From assembly GCA_004431415.1 (NCBI GenBank), contig QPMI01000245.1:43886-107885 (forward strand): a stretch of 64,000 bases of DNA, read 5' to 3'. Positions 33,412-44,900 of this stretch are shown one piece after another; position 1 is the first letter of the stretch, and every line of letters starts with the position of its first letter. The DNA is from Cyanophora paradoxa CCMP329 (taxonomy: Eukaryota > Plantae > Glaucophyta). Below the pieces are notes generated by a model. The model did no database searches, was not told the DNA's origin, and worked only from the letters and a program-made list of their open reading frames with translations. Both the position numbers and the translations under genes were made by a program.

Positions 33412-36400
33412 ATGGAGGACTGGAGGACGGCGCTCTTCGGCAGCGCAGGCTCCCCGCCGTCGCTCCCCGTCGCTCTCGACGTGCGTGCTCGACTCGCCTC
33501 CGACGCCCGCGTATGCCTCCTCGCGCCCTGACACACGCGCCAGGTCACGGCGCCCGCCGTCGCACGGCTCTTTGCGGCGATACCCGACGCCGTCCCCCCG
33601 ACTGTCCCGGTGCCTCCGATGCCCGTCCTGGCGATCCCAGCGGAGCCGGCGACGCCGGCGGAGCCCGTCCTCCCGCCGGCCCATGCCATCGAGGTCCTTC
33701 CCGCCCACTGCCGGGGCGTCGGGCCGCCTTCCGACGCGCGGACTGGCAGATTCAAACGGGAGGCCCGGCCGCGGCGGCCGCGCACGACAGCGCGGCCTCC
33801 TCCACGCCGTCTGTGACGCCGTCCCGCGCCCCGTTCCACGCGCCCTCGCCGTTCGACTCCACGGGCCGGCGCGCCCTTTTCCGGCGCCGCTTCCTTTCCT
33901 TTTCCTTTGCCGAGCGGGGGCGGGGCCCCGGGCGCAGGTCCTCGAACCCGCACCCGGTGCCCGGGACGAAGCTGGAGGGCGCCGACGTCGTGTACCGCCC
34001 CGTCCTCACGAAGGAGACCGAGTCCGAGGAGCGCCAGATGCAGGCGAGCCGCCCCGGCCCGCCGCCGATTGCGCCCCGCCGCCCGCCGCGCCGCCGACGG
34101 ACGGTCGCGGGGCCGATCGAGCGCAGGTGACGCCGATCACGCTCTACCAGACGGAGGTGACGTACCAGCACGGCGCCCTCATCGCCGTCAACAACAACTA
34201 CATCTGCTATGCCATCCGCGGTCCGCCCCGCCCGGCCCCGCGCCCCGCGCCGCGCCGCGCACGGGGCGACGGGCGGCGGCGTACGCGCGCAGGCGGGCAC
34301 ATCCGGGTGATCAACAAGAACAGCGGGCAGCGGACGCTGCTGAAGGGCCACACGGCGGCCGTCGTGGACCTCAAGTTCTACGCCCCGACGTCGAGCTCCT
34401 CGCCAGGCCCGCCCCGCCCCGCCCGCCCGCGCAAGCGCCCGCGCCCGCGCCGCCGGCGCCGAGCGGGCTCGCAGCGTGGGGCGGGACGGCGTGCTGAACG
34501 TGTGGCGCGTCTTCGAGGCCGCGGACGACGCCATCGGGTGCCCCCGCCCCCGCCCCCACCCCAGGCCGGGGCGGCGCCTCTCGAGCGCGCGGGGCGGCGG
34601 CGGCAGGCACGAGGTGGCCTTCTCCGCGCCGGCGTCGGAGGACGGCGGGGCGGGGGTCCGCGACATCTACCGGCGCCTCGCGTGGCACCCCCACAACACC
34701 CTCATGTTCGCCACCGCCGCCGCCGCCGACGGTCCGACCCGCCGCCCCGCCCGCCCCGCGTAGCTGCGCGCGCGTCGAGCGGGCGGGGGCGGCAGCGACG
34801 GTGTGGGTGTGGCGGGCGGCGGCGGGCGGCCGGGCGGCGCAGTGCGTCTCGAAGTGCCTTCTCGCCGGCTCCTCCGACGTGCGCCGCCCCGCCCCGCCCG
34901 CCCCGCCCCGCGCCGGGCGCCCCGCGGGGGCCGACGCGGGGCAGGTGGGGACGTGGCGTTCTCTGGGACGGGCGGCTGGCGGCGACGGCCTGCGCCGACG
35001 GCCGCGTCCGCGTCTACGAGGTCGCCCGCTGCGCCCCGGCCGGCGGCCCCGCCGGGCCGACGACGGCCCCGCCCTCGCCTCGGCCGCCCCGCGCGCGAGG
35101 TCGAGGCGCACCCCGGCCGCGGCGTCACCGCCGTGCTCTTCGCCGGCGCCCACCGCTACCACGCCCAGCAGGCCCGCCCCGCCCCGCCCCCGTCTCTTTC
35201 GCACGGCCCTGCGCTGAGGCAGTGGGGGCGGCAGACGGGCGGCGGGGCTGCCTTCGCCGCGTCCCGCCTCATGATCACCGGCGCCTCCAACAACGCCGAG
35301 TGCGCCCCGCCCCGCCCCGATCCGGCCCGCCCCGCTCGCCTCCTGCCGCCCCGGCGGCCGACGCGGCGGCAGGTTCTGCGTCTTCGAGTGCACCGGCTGG
35401 ACCCGCGTGCAGGTCGGCCCGAGCCCGCCGCCCCCGCGCGCCCGCCCCGCCGCCTGACGGCGGGGCAGCGGCTGGTGCTCGAGATCGGCCCCCCGGAGGC
35501 GCCCCTCCCCTTCTACAACCTCGCCGCCTGCGACCCCTCCGGTGCCGCCCCGCGCCCCGCGCCCCCGCCTCCCTGCCCCTAGGCTCCCCGGGCTGAGGCG
35601 GGCGGCCTGGGGCTAGGCTCGGTGCTGCTGGTGGCGAACACGACGCAGAACGCGCTCTACGCACTCCACGTCGGCTCCCACGGCTTCGACCTCGCCACAG
35701 AGGCCCGCCCGCCCGCCCGGGCCCTCCCTCCCGCCCCGACGGGCCGCTGAGTGAGCCGCGCGGCGCCGATCGCAGTTCGCGGTGACGCAGCCGATCGTCT
35801 CGTTCTGCGTGGCGTGCCAGTACCGCCCGCGGGCGACGCCGGCGGCCCCCGCGGGGCACGCGGGGCACGCCGCGACGCCCCCGCGCGGCGCCGTCGCCTC
35901 GGAGCTCCACGTGCGCTGCCCGCCCCGCCCCCCGGCCCCCGCAATCGGCCCCTAACCGGCTCCGGATCGCGCAGATCTACTGCGTGCAGACGAAGGCGAT
36001 CCAGCAGTACCACCTGCGGCTGGAGCACTGCGCCCCGCCCCCGGCGCACCTCTCGAACGCCTCGTCGGGCCACGGGCCGCACACCCCGCATGGCACGCCG
36101 CACGGGACGCCGCACGCGCTGCCGCCGCAGGCGCCGCACGTGGGGTCGGCGTCGCGGCCGCAGACGCCGCGGACGAACGACGCGGCCGGCATCCGCATGT
36201 CCGAGGCCGTCCGCAACGACGGGCCCCAGACCCTCCTCCCCGCCCTCCCCGGCTCCCCTCCCAGGCCGAGGCCGCCCGCCCACGCCGCCCGCCCCCGCCG
36301 CCTCCGCCGGCTCCCCCGCCCCGCACCCCGCCGCCCCCGCCTCCGCCGTCGCCGTCGCCAGCGCCGCCCGCGGCCCGCCCCGCGCAGCGCCTCGAACCCG

Positions 36401-38567
36401 ACGTCACCGCCCCGCCGGCGGCGGCGGCGCGGCCGGGGAGCCCCGGGAGGTCCCGCCCAAGTCCGCGAGCCCCTTGAACGTGCACCGGGGCGCCGCGACG
36501 GCGGCGGCGGCGGCGGCGGGGCCGGCGGAGCCGCCGTCGCCCTCGTCGTCGTCGGCGCTGCCGCCGGCGCCGGCGGCGGGGGCGGCGGACGTGCAGCGGG
36601 CGGTAGTGAAGGAGCTGCGGCGCCTCGAGGAGAAGCTCGAGCGCGTCATCGTCCAGCAGACCGAGAAGCACGGTCCGCCCCCGCCCCGCTTCTCCCGCCC
36701 CTCCCTCCCCGCCCCGGTGCGAGGGGGCGGGGCCGGGGGGGCAGTGGCGCGGCTGGAGAAGGAGCGGACGGAGCGGGAGCGGGCGGAGCGGGAGCGGCAG
36801 GAGCGCCTCCTCACCGCCGTCTCCCAGACCATCCACTCGTCCGCCCCGCCCGCCCGCCCCGCCCGCTCGGGGCGTCGTGCGAGCCGGGGCGGGGGGCGGG
36901 CGGGGCAGGACGCTGCCGCAGCAGCTCGAGGCGATCGTGGGGCGGAGCCTGCAGGCGATGGGCCCCGCGCTGCGCGCCGAGACGGACGCGGCGGTGGCGC
37001 GGGCGGTGGCGGAGGCGACGCGGGGCGGGGGGCCGCTGGCGAACGCGGTGCTGGCGGGGGTGGCCCCCAAGGTGGAGCGAGCGGTCAAGGACGCCGTGGG
37101 CGCGGCGGCGGGGCAGATGGCGGAGGACGTCGCCCAGCGCCTCTCGGGGGCCGTCAAGGCGGCCGTCCAGGAGGGCTTCAAGGCCCAGTTCGGGGGCACC
37201 CTCGTCCCCGCCTTCGAGGCCCGCCTCCCGGCCCCCCGCACCGCCCCGCCCCGGTGCCCGCGCTGAGAGCCGGGGCGCTGCGCGCAGGCCTCGTGCCGGC
37301 GCATGTTCGAGCAGATCAACGCCACCTTCGACCGCGGTGCGCCCGCCCCGCCGCCGGTCCGCAGCCCGGCGCCTGGCTCACGCGGGGGCGGGCGGGCGGG
37401 GGCGCAGGGATGGACGAGCGGATCCAGAAGCCGTTCGCCGAGTACTTCCAGAACGCCACCGCCAACCTCTCCCAGGCCCGCCCCGCCCCGCCCCGCCCCG
37501 GGCGCCCCGCTATGAGCTGAGCGGGGGCGGCAGGCGTCGAGCGCGCTCTCGGGGGTCGCGCAGACGGTCACCGCGTCGGTCGCCGAGCAGCAGCGCGCCC
37601 TCGCCGCCGCCCTCGCCCGCCTCGCCGCCGCCCCCGCCCCGGCCCCGGCCACGGCCCGGCCCCGGCCCCGAGGCCTCCCTCCCGCCCTCCGTGCAGGCGC
37701 TCCTCGGGGCGGCCGGCGCGGTGCCGATGCCTGGCCCGCCGCCGCCGCCGCCGCCGATGCCGCCGGGGCGGCGGGGCCCGGGTCGTGGGGCGGGAGGGCC
37801 CGCGGGAGACGATCGCGCGGCTGGCGCGCGAGGAGCGCTTCGAGGCCGCCTTCAACGCCGTCCGCCCCGCCCGCCCCGCCGCCTCGGCTTGCCTCGCGGC
37901 TGAGGCGAGGCGGGGCGGGGCGGGCAGGCGCTCTCGGCGGGGGACGTCGAGCTCGTCGCGTGGCTCTGCGCCCTCGTCCCCGTCGACCGCGTCTTCGCCC
38001 CCGGCGCCCCGCCCCTCGTCCGCCCCCGCCCCCGCCCCCGCCCCGCTCCGCCCGCCCGCGGCCGACGCGCGGGGCAGAGCCAGGCGGTGCTGGTGACGCT
38101 GATCCAGCACCTGGGGTTCGACCTGAGCCGGGACACGGCGGCGAAGCTGCGCTGGATCCAGGCCTCGTGCCTCGCCCTCAACCCCGCCGTGCGCCCCCGG
38201 CCCCGGCCCCGCCCCCTCGGGAAGGGCGGGCTGGAGCGCGGGGCGCAGCGGCAGGAGGCGGTGGTGCGGGAGGTGGTGCCCCGCGTCCTCGGCCAGCTCC
38301 ACGCCCACCTCCAGGCCCGCCCCGCCCCGCCCTTTCGGCCCGCCCCCGCCCCGCCCCGCGCCCTCACCCCGGGGCGGACCGCGCCGCAGGCGGTGCAGCG
38401 GTCGTACGTGGCGGCCCCCGGCGACCTCAGCGCCGCCAGCACCGTCTCCCAGGCCCGCCCCGCCCGCCCCGCCCCGCCCCGCCCGGCGCGCATCCGGGGC
38501 TGACGCGCGCGGGGCGCAGCTTCGCATGGTGACGCACCTCGTGCACTCGCTCCTCAGCGGCCAGTAG
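33412..38567 (+). CDS. EDC4: Enhancer of mRNA decapping 4 / VARICOSE, multi-exon
   Basis: VTPITLY...LIAVNNNYICYAIRGGHIRVIN...RTLLKGH (WD40), IYCVQTKAIQQY, VPAFEASCRRMFEQINATF, FEAAFNAALSAGD, SQAVLVTLIQHL. Confidence 0.92.
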
Positions 38568-38942
38568 CCGGCCGGCCGGCGGCCGGCGGCCTCGCGGGCC
38601 GCGCCGCGGCTCATGTGTCAATGTTTCATGCCTGGAGCTCGAGTGACTCCTGCCCCCGAGCTCGGGGACTGGGGCTTTTATTCGACCCGCATGCAAATCT
38701 CGTGAACGTTGCGAAGCAGTGCCTTGCACAGCAAACCTGCGAACTTGAAAGCGGTTTGCAATACTCGTAGCATGACAGAACGACGGTCCGCGACGAGAAA
38801 TACGTACCCCAGACGGCGGCCAGGGCTCAAGCCGCGACGATCCGGTTTCGCGGCGGAAGCTCAAAGAGATGGCAGAAAGCTCAAGCCCTGCACGGTGCAC
38901 AGCCGTCAGTCGTCAGCGGCGCAGCTGCAGCGCGTACGAAAG

Positions 38943-41900
38943 ATGGGCAGCGCCTGCTGCAAACACGGCGTCAAAGCTGCGGCGACTCCAGCGAAAGGTA
39001 CGCGCTCGGGTCGCTTCCGATGCTTCCCTGCGAAAACGAACCGCCGCAGGAGAGAAGGAGATCGCGCGGGACGTCGGCCTAGGCCTCATCAAAGTTGGCC
39101 ATGGATGCACGCCGCCGCGGAAGGCTGCGTCTCCATCTCCTGCGTCTGCTGCGGCCACTTCGAAGCCGCAGGAGGTTGACAGGCCCAGGAACATCGATGC
39201 GGTGGCCCCGGCCGCGGCGCCGACGCCCGCGGCATGCAAATGCGCAACAGCAGATCTAGACCTCTAGATCTCGGATGTGGACGTGGCCATACCGATCGGC
39301 ACAACTGCTCCAGAAGGCTCGCCAGCTGCAGCGCCAGCTGCAGCTGCAGCTGCCGAGAGCACTAGTACTAGTACTGCCGGCCCAACGGCCCCAGCCCCGC
39401 TGCCGGCAGCGCTAGCGCTAGCCCCCTCGAGCTCGAGCTCGCAGGCACGAGCCGCGGCCGCACCGCTTGCTACAGCGACGCCAGCGCCAGCACAGGCTAA
39501 ATGCACAGTCGCAGCAGCGGCCACCGTCGACGAGCTCCGCTCTCTGCACTCGCTGGAGGCGGCGGTGTCGGTCGGACAGCTCGCGGGCCTCTGCGGTCTG
39601 CTCCGGGAGGCACGGCGACAGAGTGCGGATACAAATTCAACGGCTGCAAAGCACATGAAACAGTTGGCCCTTCTGGAGAAGATTTACGGCGGCGATGTGG
39701 AGGTGGCCCTCGCCGAGACGAAGGAAGCCTGCTTCAATGGTGCGCGCGGGGGCTGGGGACGGCCGCGGCCGCGAGCACGCGGCGTCGCGCAGCGCTGATC
39801 AGATCTCGATTCCGGCAGCGCTCGACGCGTTCGGGAAGCTCGACAGGCATAGTGCTGAGGACCTCTCGGATGCCTGCTCCATCGTTCGTTCTGGCGACCC
39901 CGAGCTCTGCTTTTACGTGCGCCGCTTTCACTTGCATTTGGTTATTATAAGCGCGTGGTGCACAGCTGAGTTGTCTGCAGCTGCTGGAGATACTCCTCCG
40001 CCTGAGCAGCGAGACTCCGCTGGGGGCGATTCGAATGGAGCGCATCGGGGCGCTGGTGGACGTGCTCGGCCGGCTGCCGCGCGGCACCCTCACTTCGACG
40101 CAGCGGTCTCGCCTCGTCGCCTTCTGCGTGCAGCAGGTAAGCCGCGCGGCCGGGTGTGCCGGGTGGCCGCGGCCGTCTCTGACCGCGCGCAGGTAAAGGA
40201 TTTGAGCCAGGAGGTGACAACAGGCGACGTTGACGCGCTTGTGACACTGCGGCTCGTTCCGGCTGTGCTCGCCGCGTTCGACTCTGAGAGCGACGGCGCC
40301 GCCTTCGCTGCCTCCGGTGCTCCGTTTCGCTGCGCTCAAAGCTGTTCCCCTCTCCAACCAACGCGCTCGACAGACGACGACGAAGGAGAGGACGAGAAGG
40401 CGGCGCCGGCCGCGGCGGGGCAGCTTGACTACGAGAAGACCGTGCGGGAGCTAGAGGCGCTGCTCCGCCGCTTCGAGAGATGCGGCTGGTGGCGAGCGGA
40501 GGCCGCTGCCAGCATCGCGCGGCAGGCCCTGGCGGCGGCCCGCTCCAGCTATAACCCCCTGCAAGACGCCTTTGTCCGGGCCAAGGCCGCCGGTGAGGCC
40601 GCTCCTCTGCCGCCGCATGGGCGCGCCCCCTGCAGCTGACCGCAGCGAAGGGAGGATCGTGCAAAAGCTCTACAGAGCAAGCAAGATCGTGATGGAGGGC
40701 ATCGGGAGCTTCGGCGTACTGACTCTCATCGATCTTGCCGTCAATTTCAAGGTGTGTGAGCGCTGCGGCAGGAGGGGCGGCTTGCGTTTGGCCTCTGACC
40801 AAGCGGCAGGACATGCTGACCACCGAGGGCTTGGCGGCCGACGTGAAGGAGCTCTGGGCTGATCTCGGCCGCATGGTCGGCGCCGGTTCCCCGCAAGGCA
40901 AGAAGTGCTGGTGCGTATCTTGGTGCTTGGGCGGCCGCCGACGTCAAAAATATGAGAGCTGTGCAGGTACCGGCCGGCGCGACTGCTGACAGCACTCGCC
41001 GAGCGAGGTCACGCAGAGGAGCTGCAGGCCTCTCTGGAGGCAATAGGCGGCGCCGTCGTCGTCGTTGCGCAGCCGAAGCTCGCCGCCGCCCTCGCCGCCG
41101 CCCTTGTGCTGGTGCGTGGGCACGGTATTTAATTATGTGGGGTGCCGGCGCGACGGCAGTGCAGGCCGTGGAGGCCACCGGAGGGGATTCCGAGGCAGCT
41201 TTGGCCTCTGTGAAGGTCGCCGGCGTGTTGATCGATGCGGCGCATGCTGCAGCCGTGTCGGAAGAGAAGACTCGATCTCGCGAGGTGGCGATCAAGTCGG
41301 CAGTGGCCGCAGCGCAGGCGCTCGCGAGCATCGCGGCGTCCGAGTGCGGCGGCGCAGCGGCGGAGATGGCGGCGGAGCGGCTTCGGTCGCTGGCGCTGAA
41401 GGAGGATCGTGTTGCCAGAGAAGCGACCGCAGCCGCTGCGCGGCTTCTCGGGCTTCAGAACTCGGTGCGGGCGCCCTTCGAATTTCTCTTGTTATAATTT
41501 CGTATACTTTGATCTCATATGCACTGCAGGATCTTGCAGCGCCAGTGTTCCGGCAGAAGCGAGCGCTTCGGCAGTCACCGTGTATGCGCGTCCAGCCGTC
41601 CACTTCGAAAGGTCCCTCGAAGTTGCTGCGCGCGGCGCTGGCGCGACTCGTGGCCGAGCCCGAGGAGGCCGCCCTTAGGAAGGCCCTCCACGCGGTCCGC
41701 CTCCTCGCACCCCACCAGCCCAACTTGCGATGATGAACGCGTGTGCAGTACGCAGGAAAGGAGCTGAACAAGCTGTCGGGCGACCTGCGCGATGCCGTCG
41801 AGCTGTACGTGCCGCCCAAGACGACGACAGACCCCGCCCGCCGCTGCGTCGTCGACCTTCTATCCCACACGATCGCCTTTCTTGCCCGTGCCCTGCCCGC

Positions 41901-44900
41901 TGCCGCCGAAGCTCTGCCGGACCCGACCACGGGCACGGCGCCGGCCCGGGCGCTGCTCATCGCGGGCGAGCCCGGCTCCAGCAAGTCGACCTTCCTCGCC
42001 TTCCTCCACCGCCGCGCCTGCGAGCAGTGGCGGCGCACGCACGGGCGGCCGCCGCGGGGTGAGGAGCGTCTGCCGGTGACGTGCCTGTTGCGGCTGCCGA
42101 AGCTGGGGCGCGAGGCGCGCGTCGGCGAGCGGGCTTCGCGCGGCTACAGCCAAGGCGCTGAGAGTGTCCGAGGATGCGCTTGAAGACATCCAAACCAGGT
42201 TCGCGTCCTAGGGCCAGTGCGATGGTCTTCGCTGATCCATTCGCTGAACTAGTCGCGGCCTGGTGCTGCTGCTGGACGCATACGACGAACTCGACTGCCG
42301 CGGCGGGCCCCCGCCGCGCCTCTGGCCGGAGAACGACCTCGCTGACTGGGCGTCGGGCGTTATCGTGACTTGCCGCAGCGCGCTGCTGGCTGTGCGGGAT
42401 GACTACGTCGAGCTCTTTGCACCGCGTGGCAAGAAGAGCTCGCTCGAACAGGTCCGGATCGCTGAATCCTAGGCCTGCCGTCCGGCCGCGGATCAATAAC
42501 ATTTCTAGCATACCTGCCTTCTTAGCACTCATGATCAGAGCATTCTCACAAACAGGTGAAGGAGTATTTCGAGCAGTTCACGAGGCTGTATGGGCCGGGG
42601 GCGTCAGCGGAGACAAGGGATGCATGCTGTGACTGGACTGCTGAAGAGTATCTCTCGCAAGTACGGCGCATTCCGGGCACGCTCTCGCTCACTGAAAACC
42701 CTTTCACCCTCAAGTGCGCTCTTTGTCATGTGCATTCGCTTCGAGTTCTCTAAAGCTGTGCGTGCAGCATGGTTGCTCGCACTCTGCCGAAAATTGTCCG
42801 TGCTAGGTCTGCGTGGAATCTTTCGCATTCGATCGTGAATATTTAATGTTATTATCAACGTTAACGCGCCGCATAGGGTCAATGTCGATGGGGCAGGAGT
42901 GCTGCTGACGATCCGTGAGCTTTACGATGCATTTGTGGAGGTATGCGGCTAGCTGATCTCGGCTACCTCGACGTATGAATTAACATTTGTACTTTGCAGG
43001 AGTGGTTCGATCGCCAGTGGGACCGAGTAAGAGACAAGGGCAAGGAATATGGCGTCGGTTCGCCCCCTTGTGTCCTCGAGCTCGAGCTCGAGAAGCTTCG
43101 GCTAATTATATACTTGTGGCGCGCAGACATTAGCCAGTGGAGGAAGAAGGATTTCTCGCAGTTCGGCCGGAGTTTCTGCAAAGATTTGGCCGCGGCGATG
43201 TTTTCGGTGCCGACTCGCAATGTTTTGGGCGAGGCGATCGCCGTGGCGCGTCTCGGTCTGAGCCGACTGCAGGCGTCCGTCTCCGAGTTCGCGTGCCCAC
43301 TACCGGAGGTCGCCATGCGAAAGCCTCGCTTCGCCTCAGCTCCCGATGCGAATTCGAAGGACGAGCGAGAGCCCCGAGGCGGCAGCGACCCGCTCCAAGC
43401 CTGCATCGACCTCTTCCAGAGCCAGGATAGCCCGATGGAAGTCTTCATCCGAGAGCAGTGCCCCCTCCTCCCCCTCCGCCCCTCGGGGGAGCAGGAGGAC
43501 GGGGCGACCCGGGCAGTGCACGTCCGATTCCTTCACAAGGTCACTCATGATATCATGATGATATGCATTAGCGATCTCCATATCGATATATCGTGCAGAC
43601 GCTGCTCGAGTACTTCGTTGCCGAGGAGATGTTCGAGCGGGTGCGTATTGTCGTGAGCTCGGAACTGATGTTTGGGATAGCTAACGTCTGCCATTCGCGG
43701 CGCAGGCTATCGCCCGGAACGCGCTAGCGGCCGGCTCCCTTCGCCGCTCCCGCCGCGCCAGTCTGTGGTCCGCGGCAGGCACAGGCCTGATCCACCGGTT
43801 GTGCGCCACATTCTCATTTCGCGCTGTACACCGTGGCACATCGTGACATTAACATTGATGCACCGTTCAGCCTGCTGACGGGGGAGCCGAAAATTTTGGA
43901 GTTCCTGTCCGAGTGCTGCAGCAGCGACGAGTTCTACCGCTTTGTGCGTGGCCATGCAGAGCGAGGACATCAATCATGGACGCGACCGCTGACCTTCATA
44001 ATCATCGCAGACTCTTCTCGGCCTTGTCGAAAAGAGCCGCGGACCACAAGCTGCTCGATCTGATTGCATCGCTTCGGCAAACGCAATGACCATCCTCAAT
44101 CGCGGTATTGCGCCCGGCTCTTTCAACCGCGCTATCCAACCGACTCTTCTGCAGCGGGGTACAGTTTTGCGGGCAGCTGCCTGCGGGGCGTGCGCATGCC
44201 GGGGGCAGATCTGCAGCGGTTGGAGGCGGCGGGCGCGGACCTGCGCGGGGCGGACCTCACGGATTGCGGGTTGCAGGAGGCGAACCTCGGGGGGGCCGAC
44301 CTTCGCGGCGCGAAGCTTGACGGGTGCACCGTCGCCTCCACGCCCGCGCTGTGGCGAAGCCCCGATCCCGTGCAGTGCGTCATCGTTGTGACAATGTAAC
44401 GTCATCCGGGGCGTCGTGCCTTTCCCGGTCTCGCTTCTTTTGTCCGCTTTCCACAGTTGCGACACGCGTAACTCGCCATCAGGATGGGGGCAAGCTGCTG
44501 ATGGTGGCGGAGGAAAGAGCCTCCAAGGACTGCGGCCTGTGGGAAGTCGAGGCGAAGACTGGTTCGCATGCGAAGAGGCGCATCTTGGAGTGGAGGCTCG
44601 AGATGAACGACGACCATGAACATGGGTCGCACGGCATCCTTCCTCTGACAATCTCGCAGGTCCCCAGCATTTGTTTCCCGGCCCAGACAGTTTTTTATCT
44701 TCTGTGTATCGTGGTCCAATTTTTCGCAGGACTGCTCTCGTGCCCTTTGTGCGGACAGCATGCTTAGAGTGTTCGATCTCAAAAAAGGCGTCAAGATTGC
44801 CGACATTAATCTTAAGGAGGCTCTCGGGATATCGGCATCGGATTTCACCTTGCAGAGCGTCCTGTTCGCACAGGTGCAAAATCTGTTCACCAAACCCGCT

